30,276 nucleotides of DNA, from IMG/VR virus record IMGVR_UViG_3300025584_000013; one strand, given 5' to 3'. Positions within the stretch are counted from its first letter, which is position 1. Each line of letters opens with the position of its first letter. Origin of the DNA: a virus. Under the pieces are notes generated by a model. That model did not search any database. It worked only from the letters and a program-made list of their open reading frames with translations, and was not told where the DNA came from. Positions 1-7,491 of the stretch are shown in pieces. The position numbers were made by a program, and so were the translations under genes.

Positions 1-1
1 A

Positions 2-766
2 AAAAAATTAATAAACGAAAGTACACCTGGATTCACAAAAAGAAAATTTGGTGATCCACTTCCAACACTTGAAGATGTAATGAAACAACATCAAGAAAGT
101 AAATTACAAGAAGATTGGTGGGATGATATGGATGCATCAGCACAGGCACAATATATAAAAGCCCATCCAGGTTCAAAACAAGCACAACAAGCTGATGATG
201 ATGATGGTGGTGAAGAACCGAGTGGTGAAGGACCAAGTGGTGAAGAAAAATTAGACCCACAAAAAATTAAAGATGATTATGCTACTGCTGGAGAAAACCT
301 TACTTTTTCAAAGGGGGAGTTGGACGATGCAAAAGCAATGGGCGATGAAGAAGAAATATCAAGGATTCAATCAATTGTTGATGGTGATAGAAAAGAATTC
401 GTTGCATCTCGTAAAACATATTATACTGCTAATCAGGAAAAAATTGAAGATGATTATGATACCGCCGAAGAAAACCTTACTTTTTCAAAGGGGGAGTTGG
501 ACGATGCAAAAGAAACGGGTGATGAAGAAGAAATATCAAGGATTCAATCAATTGTTGATGATGATAGAGAAGAATTTAGAAAAAGTAGGAGAGAACTCGG
601 ACGCATGGAGAAGGTAGTTGGTGCCAAATCCCCCAGAACTGGTAATGAATTAAACCAAGAAACACTTATGATTGATGGAAAACAGTTTCGTAGAATTAGT
701 GAAGTGGAAAAAGAACCAAAATCAAAATATGAATTTTCAGAGTTTTACAAAAGATTTAAGAGATAG
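2..766 (+). CDS. Acidic phage protein with two 59-aa-period internal repeats (5'-partial; frame open from the window start)
   Basis: Frame 2 is open from nt 2 (KKLINESTPGFTKRKFGDPLPTLEDVMKQ...) to TAG 764-766, so the track start at 80 is probably internal. Confidence 0.75.
   Translation, partial: KKLINESTPGFTKRKFGDPLPTLEDVMKQHQESKLQEDWWDDMDASAQAQYIKAHPGSKQAQQADDDDGGEEPSGEGPSGEEKLDPQKIKDDYATAGENLTFSKGELDDAKAMGDEEEISRIQSIVDGDRKEFVASRKTYYTANQEKIEDDYDTAEENLTFSKGELDDAKETGDEEEISRIQSIVDDDREEFRKSRRELGRMEKVVGAKSPRTGNELNQETLMIDGKQFRRISEVEKEPKSKYEFSEFYKRFKR
263..577 (+). repeat. Intragenic direct repeat, ~138 nt x2 (263-400 and 440-577), period 177 nt
   Basis: KIKDDYATAGENLTFSKGELDDAKAMGDEEEISRIQSIVDGDRKEF versus KIEDDYDTAEENLTFSKGELDDAKETGDEEEISRIQSIVDDDREEF. 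Confidence 0.95.
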
Positions 767-775
767 GAGATTAAA

Positions 776-1096
776 ATGACAAAAAAACATATATTACAAG
801 AAAATTATGAACGATTTTTTGGTAAACAATATCAAAGGGAAATGTAAAGATTGATCAATCCGGATCTGCTCAATTTAATCATGACCGGCAAGAAATCAGA
901 TGCAGATTTTATTGACCCAAGTGGTAGTGAAGGAAAGTTCATTAAACAAATGGATAAAAAATATAGAGAACAGTTTAGGGCATATGCTGGTGTAACATTT
1001 GGAGCAGCATCATTTTTAAACTTATTGATTAGTGATGATTACGTTGAAAATAAAAATGGATTTTGGAAACCAACCAGTAAACTTAAAAAGTATTAA
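776..1096 (+). pseudogene. Interrupted small phage gene: MTKKHILQENYERFFG..., in-frame TAA at 845-847, then ...EGKFIKQMDKKY...
   Basis: ATG 776 has a GGAG SD and is in the same frame as track ORF 851-1096. The stop lies inside a 102-bp segment bounded by TGGTA repeats. Confidence 0.5.
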
Positions 1097-1109
1097 ATAA
1101 ATGAAAACG

Positions 1110-1135
1110 GGGAACTCTAATAAGTTCCCTTTTTT
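1110..1135 (+). terminator. Intrinsic terminator
   Basis: GGGAACT-ctaata-AGTTCCC followed by T6. Confidence 0.8.
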
Positions 1136-1357
1136 ATTGCCTATAACCTATATATTACAATGAAGGAATACACACAAGAAAAAACGCATCACAATGACCA
1201 CGCGTGACACCAACAAAAAAACAACAACCGATGAGAATACGCGTGACACCGTGAATAGAGAGAACCTTAAAAATCAAAAGATTTTCAAGGATTCAGCCTC
1301 TAACTCTCACACTCACGTTACATTCCAGGCTTGGAAGATTTGAATGGGTTCAGCTTC

Positions 1358-1417
1358 TACACACGTTATATTCACAGCAAGGCCTCTTACACACGTTATA
1401 TTCACAGCAAGGCCTCT
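1358..1417 (+). repeat. 30-bp perfect tandem repeat x2
   Basis: TACACACGTTATATTCACAGCAAGGCCTCT at 1358-1387 and 1388-1417. Confidence 0.95.
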
Positions 1418-1468
1418 AACTCTCGTAATATATTCATAGTAATAGAAAATGGCAAGGGAAAATGGCAA

Positions 1469-1663
1469 GTGAAAAAACTTGATTTACATAATAGACGACA
1501 CGATGAAGTAGAGAGACTCACCGAAAATTTCATACTTTTAAACGATGGTCCACTTTTAATAATTACAGGGTATTCCGACAAGATGATAGAAATAGTTACA
1601 AGTGTATGTAAAACACATCAAATAAAATACGAAATAAAGGTGGGCTCGGTAGTCATATTTTAA
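1469..1663 (+). CDS. Small Smr (MutS-related)-like domain protein
   Basis: GTG start in the frame of track ORF 1331-1663. KKLDLHNRRHDEV...LLIITGYS resembles the Smr LDLHG...IITG pattern. Confidence 0.55.
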   Translation: MKKLDLHNRRHDEVERLTENFILLNDGPLLIITGYSDKMIEIVTSVCKTHQIKYEIKVGSVVIF

Positions 1664-1702
1664 TCACGAGTATATTTATGTATATATGAGTGGAAAGTGT
1701 AG

Positions 1703-1764
1703 TGATATTTCGAAGTGGGTAATATTTCAAAATGTGGTGATATTTCAAAATGTGGTGATATTTC
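1703..1764 (+). repeat. ~18-bp tandem repeat x3.5
   Basis: Unit TGATATTTCAAAATGTGG with a degenerate first copy. Confidence 0.9.
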
Positions 1765-1769
1765 TATTC

Positions 1770-1817
1770 ACGAAATAACAGCAAGACGAAATAACAGCAA
1801 GACGAAATAACAGCGAG
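1770..1817 (+). repeat. 16-bp tandem repeat x3
   Basis: ACGAAATAACAGCAAG at 1770 and 1786, and at 1802 with one mismatch. Confidence 0.95.
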
Positions 1818-1827
1818 AGAGAGGAAG

Positions 1828-2028
1828 ATGGAAAATATAAAGGGTATAATAAAATTTACATTACAAGTATTCATATCTATATTTATAGCACTTGAAATAG
1901 CAATACCACCAAATCCATATAAGACACATTTAATAGTATTATTATTTGCGTATATTACACTTAAACACGGTGTAGTAGAGAAGATTGAGAAACTAATAAA
2001 GAGAATAATAGAGTGGACCAAAGTATAA
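1828..2028 (+). CDS. Small putative membrane protein
   Basis: GAGGAAG SD before ATG; two hydrophobic segments. Confidence 0.6.
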   Translation: MENIKGIIKFTLQVFISIFIALEIAIPPNPYKTHLIVLLFAYITLKHGVVEKIEKLIKRIIEWTKV

Positions 2029-2697
2029 CCGATCTATATGAAATGATTAAGGCGTTTATATTAGTTGTTATATTATTAGTATTATTGACAAGACCACGAA
2101 GTTCTGATAAATTCTGAAATCTCTTATGAGTAAAGACCGTGTCTTTGGTTATTTCACTAAATAATACCGAATTTAGATTAACCTTTATAATGATTGAACG
2201 TGCCTTGGGATCGTCCCAATGTGCTCGTTGGTGGGCTGACAGAGTTTGTTCAAGGATTTCCTCTAATTGAGTGAGGTGCTTTGATGAAAGTATGATATAT
2301 AAGACTTTCCTTATTGAATAAATACTATTATGATAGAAACTATTTTACACTGGTTACTTGACAATATCTTACACATATACCTATTTTTTATATTCATACT
2401 TGGGTGTAGAATTAGGTGGAAAAATACTTGACACAACTAAATATCTGAATCTCCCACTCTTACCCACAACTACCCACTTTAAAATATCACAATAATCATA
2501 ATATAAATAATGTATTACTTGTTCCTATCGAGGTTGTCAAGCTATTTCCCAAGAATAAATTCCCCTATAATCCCATATCAAATAGCCCCAACCCCCTCAT
2601 CCCACTCGTATCAGCTTGGATTAGCTACTCAAACCAATTATACTATTATATTATGTAAATTATTTTATACTCGTCTATAACTATTTCTGGAAATAGC

Positions 2698-2726
2698 TTG
2701 ACTTTCTCAGTTATTTGTTGTAAATT
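2698..2726 (+). promoter_or_regulatory. sigma70-like promoter
   Basis: TTGACT-N17-TAAATT; near-duplicate of the 2824 promoter. Confidence 0.75.
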
Positions 2727-2823
2727 ATGGGGGGTTTATTATTTTTTTTTGGATATGCTACTCGGATGATACACTCACGTAGCTATTACACTACTCATAT
2801 ATTCTGAATACTTAGGGAATAGC

Positions 2824-2852
2824 TTGACTTTCTCAGTTATTTGTTGTATATT
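2824..2852 (+). promoter_or_regulatory. sigma70-like promoter
   Basis: TTGACT-N17-TATATT. Confidence 0.8.
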
Positions 2853-3062
2853 AGGTAACGTCAAACTGTATGCTATAATGAGTGTCTCATATACCTATGA
2901 ATGTAGTCTATTATAATCTATGTATATCGTCGTTATTTGATGGTTGGGTGTTATTTGAGGTGTATTTAATTTAGCTAATATGACCACTGGAGGGTACTGG
3001 AACTACTTTCATAGCGTGGGAGATAGAATTATTTTTATTAGGATTACTGGCTACGAAAAGGC

Positions 3063-3091
3063 TTGACTTTGTCATATAATGGTTGTATGTT
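3063..3091 (+). promoter_or_regulatory. sigma70-like promoter
   Basis: TTGACT-N17-TATGTT upstream of ORF 3120. Confidence 0.8.
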
Positions 3092-3119
3092 ATAGGGTAA
3101 CAAAAACAAAACAAAGGAA

Positions 3120-3503
3120 ATGAATATGTTAGATAGAAATACAGTAAAACTAATTAGTAGTGATATTGAGAAAGCACTTGATGATGTGGCTACTAAATAT
3201 GGTGTAGTGATTACACGAGGTAGAGCTTCATATACTTCAGATAATATGACGTTGAAATTAAACGTTAGTACTATTGATAATGATGGGAGTGTTATGACTA
3301 GAGAAGCTACTGACTTTAATACATATGCTTCTGTACATGGTATTACTAAATCACTCGGTGATGTTATTACTCACATGGGTCATAATTATAAGATAATAGG
3401 ATTTAAACCGCGGTCTACGAAGTATCCAGTTATAATGGAAAAGATTACTGATGGTAAGAAATATAAATTTCCTGTTAATATGATTAATTCACCGTTAGGA
3501 TAG
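3120..3503 (+). CDS. Hypothetical early phage protein
   Basis: Own promoter and AAGGA SD; 127-aa ORF. Confidence 0.8.
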   Translation: MNMLDRNTVKLISSDIEKALDDVATKYGVVITRGRASYTSDNMTLKLNVSTIDNDGSVMTREATDFNTYASVHGITKSLGDVITHMGHNYKIIGFKPRSTKYPVIMEKITDGKKYKFPVNMINSPLG

Positions 3504-3513
3504 TAGGTTAAAA

Positions 3514-3559
3514 TGTGGGGTGGTGAAAATCCGACTAGCCGATAAGAAACCACTCCACA
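3514..3559 (+). other. GC-rich hairpin (11-bp stem, 24-nt loop) between a gene end and the next promoter
   Basis: TGTGGGGTGGT / ACCACTCCACA. Confidence 0.75.
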
Positions 3560-3578
3560 AATTAGTTACAAATAACTC

Positions 3579-3607
3579 TTGACTTTCTCATTAAGTAGTC
3601 GTATATT
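3579..3607 (+). promoter_or_regulatory. sigma70-like promoter
   Basis: TTGACT-N17-TATATT. Confidence 0.85.
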
Positions 3608-3633
3608 CAAGTAACGAAAAAAGGAAAAAAACA

Positions 3634-3909
3634 ATGAAGTATAAACACGGACAAGTAATTAAAGTAAATGGTGAAGTTCCACTTATGAATCCAGAAGATT
3701 GGTTCAATGATATGATTGAAGGTGGAATACCCTTAGAACAGGCATTAGACCATGTTATAACTGATTGTATTGTGATGTCAAAGGTAAATGATATGTTGGG
3801 TGAACAAGATGAATTATTCGGAAATAATCAAGGTTTAATTGGAGATTCAACCACATGGAAACAAGGTGGTGGAATGTTTGAAGTCCGAATAGAAGATGAA
3901 AACGTTTAA
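3634..3909 (+). CDS. Hypothetical early protein
   Basis: Promoter plus AAAGGAAAAAAACA-ATG RBS cassette. Confidence 0.8.
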   Translation: MKYKHGQVIKVNGEVPLMNPEDWFNDMIEGGIPLEQALDHVITDCIVMSKVNDMLGEQDELFGNNQGLIGDSTTWKQGGGMFEVRIEDENV

Positions 3910-3918
3910 AAATAACTC

Positions 3919-3947
3919 TTGACTTTACCATTTATTCGTAGTACATT
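3919..3947 (+). promoter_or_regulatory. sigma70-like promoter
   Basis: TTGACT-N17-TACATT. Confidence 0.85.
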
Positions 3948-3975
3948 ACAACGTAATGAAAAAGGAAACTAAACA

Positions 3976-4341
3976 ATGATGAAACATGAAACAAGTGTTA
4001 CACGAGATGATGTGTATAGAGAATATAAGAACTACACTGATACGACAATTGATGCATTAGATTCTACTGTATATCCATTGGGTGTATTAGATGATACTCC
4101 ATCAGACTATAATTTAGATGCTGTATTGGATGTTGAGTATGATATGAAAGTTTTACTAAACTTATTAAATGGACTACCGTCGAGAGAATCACGTATTCTA
4201 AAAATGTATTTTGGAATTGGAATAGCTAATAGTCTGTCATTGTCTGATATAAGTGAAGAATTTGATTTGACGAGAGCACGGATTAGAATGATTAGGGACT
4301 CGGGACTAAAACGGTTAAGACATAGAGCGTCATTTATTTAA
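3976..4341 (+). CDS. Sigma70 region 4 domain-only protein
   Basis: C-terminus LPSRESRILKMYFGI...SLSDISEEFDLTRARIRMIRDSGLKRLRH aligns by eye to RpoD region 4 (LTPREAKVLRMRFGI...[29 protein letters not shown]). At 121 aa it has no room for region 2. Confidence 0.85.
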   Translation: MMKHETSVTRDDVYREYKNYTDTTIDALDSTVYPLGVLDDTPSDYNLDAVLDVEYDMKVLLNLLNGLPSRESRILKMYFGIGIANSLSLSDISEEFDLTRARIRMIRDSGLKRLRHRASFI

Positions 4342-4349
4342 AATAACAC

Positions 4350-4378
4350 TTGACTTTCTCATTAAGTAGTCGTATATT
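4350..4378 (+). promoter_or_regulatory. sigma70-like promoter
   Basis: TTGACT-N17-TATATT; spacer identical to the 3579 promoter. Confidence 0.85.
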
Positions 4379-4403
4379 AAGGTAACAAGAAAAGGAAAAA
4401 ACA

Positions 4404-4583
4404 ATGAAATACTCTAAATTAAAAACTCTATCTCGTGAAGGTATCCGAAAGGCATTAAAGAATAAAACAAGTAGGGAAGTATATGAAATGTATAACGGAT
4501 TAAAATACAGTGAAAAAAACTCATATAAGGGATTGGTAATTTGGTCGATGATTATTAAATTAAGCGGGAGTTATTCAAAATGA
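4404..4583 (+). CDS. Hypothetical basic protein, 59 aa (not in the ORF track)
   Basis: MKYSKLKTLSREGIRK...GSYSK*; promoter/RBS cassette upstream; ATGA overlap with the next gene. Confidence 0.75.
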   Translation: MKYSKLKTLSREGIRKALKNKTSREVYEMYNGLKYSEKNSYKGLVIWSMIIKLSGSYSK

Positions 4584-4840
4584 AAGCACTCTCAGTATCA
4601 ATACACGATAACGAATTAGAAGTAATACCGTCAAGTGTTACCACACTCGACTTCACGAATGATGAGGAATTTGAATACTTTGATGACGCTAACAATCAAG
4701 AGTTGTTGGTTCATTGGAATATCAAATTGGGTGATGTAATAATCACAGAAGTAAATGGTATGAGTGGTGATGAGTTTTACCACGACTTCACAGATACGGC
4801 TGATGATATTATTGCTTATATAAATAACGAGTTTATTTAA
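4580..4840 (+). CDS. Hypothetical acidic protein
   Basis: ATGA-coupled to the upstream ORF. Confidence 0.75.
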   Translation: MKALSVSIHDNELEVIPSSVTTLDFTNDEEFEYFDDANNQELLVHWNIKLGDVIITEVNGMSGDEFYHDFTDTADDIIAYINNEFI

Positions 4841-4848
4841 AATAAGAC

Positions 4849-4877
4849 TTGACAGTAACAAATATTAGTAGTATATT
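4849..4877 (+). promoter_or_regulatory. sigma70-like promoter
   Basis: TTGACA-N17-TATATT. Confidence 0.85.
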
Positions 4878-4885
4878 TAGGTGAA

Positions 4886-5122
4886 ATGAAAAAGGAAACT
4901 AAGATGAAACGAATTAATAAAGGTCTATGGAATTTAATGTTAATGGGGTTAAGGTCAACTGGTGGATATACTGATTCATTAATGTATATCTATGAATATC
5001 TTACACCAGTTGAAGCTACTACACTCGAAGAGTTCTATACGTGGATTGAAGCTGGGAGATATCGTAATATCGGACGTGGTAATTACAACGAGCGATATAC
5101 TGAATATTTAAACTCAAAATAA
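4886..5122 (+). CDS. Hypothetical early protein (start may be ATG 4904)
   Basis: AAAGGA SD precedes the second Met. Confidence 0.75.
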   Translation: MKKETKMKRINKGLWNLMLMGLRSTGGYTDSLMYIYEYLTPVEATTLEEFYTWIEAGRYRNIGRGNYNERYTEYLNSK

Positions 5123-5135
5123 ATTAAGAAAGTAC

Positions 5136-5164
5136 TTGACTTTCTCATATATCCGTAGTATATT
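5136..5164 (+). promoter_or_regulatory. sigma70-like promoter
   Basis: TTGACT-N17-TATATT. Confidence 0.85.
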
Positions 5165-5195
5165 ACATCGTAACAAAAACAAAGGAAATTAACAA

Positions 5196-5606
5196 ATGGC
5201 TTATTACTCACAAGAAAGAAAGAAATCTGTCGCTCCACTCGTGAGAGACTTACTTAAAGAATATGGATTTAAAGGTTCACTATCCGTAGATAATCACTCC
5301 AGTGTTATACTGACTATTAAAGAAGGTAACATGGATGTGATTGGAAATTATAACGAAGTGATGAAAGATAGACCCCGTAATCATATCTTTGAGCAAGCTC
5401 ATTCCAGAGATAGAGAATTAGATGTGAATGTGTATTGGTATAAAGAAGACTTCAGTGGTAGAGTATTAGAATTTCTCACTAAAGTAATACGAGTACTGAA
5501 TGTCGGAAATCACAATAGGTCTGAACCTATGGTTGATTATTTTGATGTCGGTTGGTATGTACATGTAAGATTTGGAAGATGGAATACTCCATACGTAATT
5601 AATTAA
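5196..5606 (+). CDS. Conserved phage hypothetical protein (MAYxSQE...DYFDVGWY...G.W..PY type)
   Basis: Sequence pattern recognised from other large phages; AAGGA SD. Confidence 0.8.
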   Translation: MAYYSQERKKSVAPLVRDLLKEYGFKGSLSVDNHSSVILTIKEGNMDVIGNYNEVMKDRPRNHIFEQAHSRDRELDVNVYWYKEDFSGRVLEFLTKVIRVLNVGNHNRSEPMVDYFDVGWYVHVRFGRWNTPYVIN

Positions 5607-5618
5607 AGGAAAATAAAA

Positions 5619-5927
5619 ATGAATATAAAATGGTTTGAAATTGAAGAACGTCATGAGAATATAGACTCGTATGATACAGAGGTAACAGTCATTGGCGTTG
5701 ATGAAAATGGTGTTGAATATACTACTGGGGCTATGGAGTCATGTGGTGAAATAGTAAGTATTGATAAAGACTATATCGAAAAGACTGGCGAAGTATATGA
5801 TATTAATGGTACATTCGGAGTGTGGAATAATGTATTAGACGAAACGGAAACTGGACCATTACCAGTATATGTACCAACTCGACGTGAAGTATCATGGGAT
5901 GAGTGGTACGGTAATTTAAAATTCTAA
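5619..5927 (+). CDS. Hypothetical acidic protein
   Basis: AAAGGA SD; 102-aa ORF. Confidence 0.75.
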   Translation: MNIKWFEIEERHENIDSYDTEVTVIGVDENGVEYTTGAMESCGEIVSIDKDYIEKTGEVYDINGTFGVWNNVLDETETGPLPVYVPTRREVSWDEWYGNLKF

Positions 5928-5944
5928 ACAAAGGAAACAATAAA

Positions 5945-6145
5945 ATGAAACTAGTATATGATAACAAAATAAAAGAAATCGAAGACGAACGATTTCGTGT
6001 AGATTTACAAGAGGAAGATTATGCAGTTTTTAAAGATACAGTTGATGTAGATAAAATATTCGTTGAATTTAAAAAAATATTCGATAATGTTGAACATAGA
6101 CATTCAGAGTATTATGGTGATTATATTACAATATCTATCTTATAA
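5945..6145 (+). CDS. Hypothetical protein
   Basis: AAAGGA SD; 66-aa ORF. Confidence 0.75.
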   Translation: MKLVYDNKIKEIEDERFRVDLQEEDYAVFKDTVDVDKIFVEFKKIFDNVEHRHSEYYGDYITISIL

Positions 6146-6240
6146 CCGTGGTTTTGTCTTTTTTACGGGTATTTGAAAAGACGGTGGGTTTGAGAGTGAC
6201 TACCTATTTGGAACTCTCAAAGAATTAAGTTAGACACGGT
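6145..6240 (+). ncRNA. Candidate structured RNA (three-way junction)
   Basis: P1 ACCGTG/CACGGT; P2 GTCTTTT/AAAAGAC; P3 TTTGAGAGT/ACTCTCAAA. Confidence 0.45.
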
Positions 6241-6325
6241 ATTGGTACTTACAATAATTGAATGGTGAGTAATTAACATACTGAAGGTTATTCAATCAAT
6301 ATCGTGCAAAGGTTTAAAATAGTAC

Positions 6326-6354
6326 TTGACTTTATCAATTATTAGTATTATATT
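6326..6354 (+). promoter_or_regulatory. sigma70-like promoter
   Basis: TTGACT-N17-TATATT. Confidence 0.85.
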
Positions 6355-6380
6355 TAAGTAACGAAAAAAGGAAAAAAACA

Positions 6381-6575
6381 ATGAAGTTCGACATGCGACA
6401 AGTAAGAGATTTAAAAACAAAAGAAATTCCAATAAAAGATTGTGAAATGGGAGGGTGGTCTGATGTATATGCACGATCGGGTAATTATGAAGAACCAGAT
6501 GGGTCTATAAGAAAGCTAACTTCGAAAGAAATCTCAAAAATCAATAGAGAAGATTTATTATCAACTCTCTTTTAA
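6381..6575 (+). CDS. Hypothetical early protein
   Basis: Promoter/RBS cassette nearly identical to the one before ORF 3634. Confidence 0.8.
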   Translation: MKFDMRQVRDLKTKEIPIKDCEMGGWSDVYARSGNYEEPDGSIRKLTSKEISKINREDLLSTLF

Positions 6576-6599
6576 TCATAAAATAAATTAAAATAACAC

Positions 6600-6628
6600 T
6601 TGACTTTACCATTTATTGGTGGTAACTT
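6600..6628 (+). promoter_or_regulatory. sigma70-like promoter
   Basis: TTGACT-N17-TAACTT. Confidence 0.75.
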
Positions 6629-6653
6629 CATGTGTAAGGAAAAAGGAAAAAGA

Positions 6654-6839
6654 ATGAAACTGACAAAATTAGAATCGATTAGAGATGATTTGAATCGAGC
6701 ACTATATGAACTAGATAAATCAGATAAGAAATATATGGATGTGGATGAAATTGTACTCCATATAGAATTAGCTAAAAGAGATTTAGAATCATTAACAAAT
6801 AAAGGAAAAAACAATGAAACTGACAAAATTAGAAACTAA
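6654..6839 (+). CDS. Hypothetical coiled-coil protein (MKLTKLES...)
   Basis: AAGGA SD before ATG 6654; the track's TTG start at 6600 lies inside the promoter. Confidence 0.75.
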   Translation: MKLTKLESIRDDLNRALYELDKSDKKYMDVDEIVLHIELAKRDLESLTNKGKNNETDKIRN

Positions 6840-7098
6840 GTTCGTTGAACAAATTATGGAAAGTGAGTATGCAGATTGGGTAGATACTCCAGAACCAGGT
6901 TACATAGGTGATTGGGTCGTTGGACCAGATTACGATATGAAAGTTGTAAGGGCTCTAATCACTTCATTAGATAAAAAGAAAGTGATTGATATTGGAGAAC
7001 ACATGAATTCATTTGAAGGTAAAGACATGGTTTGGATATCTATTAAACCCGAACTTTTAGATTTTGAGAATTATACATTAATAACAGAAAGGAATTAA
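6814..7098 (+). CDS. Hypothetical protein (MKLTKLET...)
   Basis: RBS and first 7 codons shared with the upstream gene. Confidence 0.75.
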   Translation: MKLTKLETKFVEQIMESEYADWVDTPEPGYIGDWVVGPDYDMKVVRALITSLDKKKVIDIGEHMNSFEGKDMVWISIKPELLDFENYTLITERN

Positions 7099-7102
7099 CA
7101 TA

Positions 7103-7414
7103 ATGAAATCAACAATGTCAATGGATATGGATACTTTAATTGAAGAACTAAATCGTTCAGCAAAAGAAGCATATAAAGGTAGAATGTTACCTCCAGGATA
7201 TTCAGTTAATACTAATGGTAGAAAGTATTTTAAGATAATCCAAGACGGTGGTGGTGTAGTATGTTTCGTAGAAAAAGAAACAGGGAACATATACAAACCC
7301 GCTGGTTGGAAGGCTCCATACACTAAAGGGGTAAACGCAGTAAGAGCAAACATTCATGAGTATAGTACATTCATGAATAGAACTGACCCATACGGTAGTT
7401 GGTTATATATTTAA
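7103..7414 (+). CDS. Conserved phage hypothetical protein (GRKYxKI...TGxIYKPAxWKAP type)
   Basis: Motif recognised from aquatic phage proteins; GAAAGGAAT SD. Confidence 0.8.
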   Translation: MKSTMSMDMDTLIEELNRSAKEAYKGRMLPPGYSVNTNGRKYFKIIQDGGGVVCFVEKETGNIYKPAGWKAPYTKGVNAVRANIHEYSTFMNRTDPYGSWLYI

Positions 7415-7427
7415 TAGGAAATAACAC

Positions 7428-7456
7428 TTGACTTTATCATAAATCCTTCGTAAATT
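7428..7456 (+). promoter_or_regulatory. sigma70-like promoter
   Basis: TTGACT-N17-TAAATT; directly precedes the structured element at 7492. Confidence 0.8.
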
Positions 7457-7491
7457 AGATGGGACTATATATAAAAAAAAATAAAGATTTC

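Noticed and set aside
263-577. Diversity-generating retroelement TR/VR pair
   Set aside because: The differences between copies are not adenine-specific, both copies are in one ORF, and no reverse transcriptase is in the window.
1331-1468. N-terminal extension of the Smr-like ORF from TTG 1331
   Set aside because: It runs through the tandem-repeat DNA (YTRYIHSKAS x2) and has no SD; GTG 1469 fits the domain start.
1199-1817. CRISPR array
   Set aside because: The repeats are head-to-tail with no unique spacers, unit lengths are inconsistent, and no cas genes are present.
2358-2545. Additional promoters at TTGACA 2358, 2428 and (minus strand) ~2540
   Set aside because: No TAnnnT hexamer at 16-18 nt spacing.
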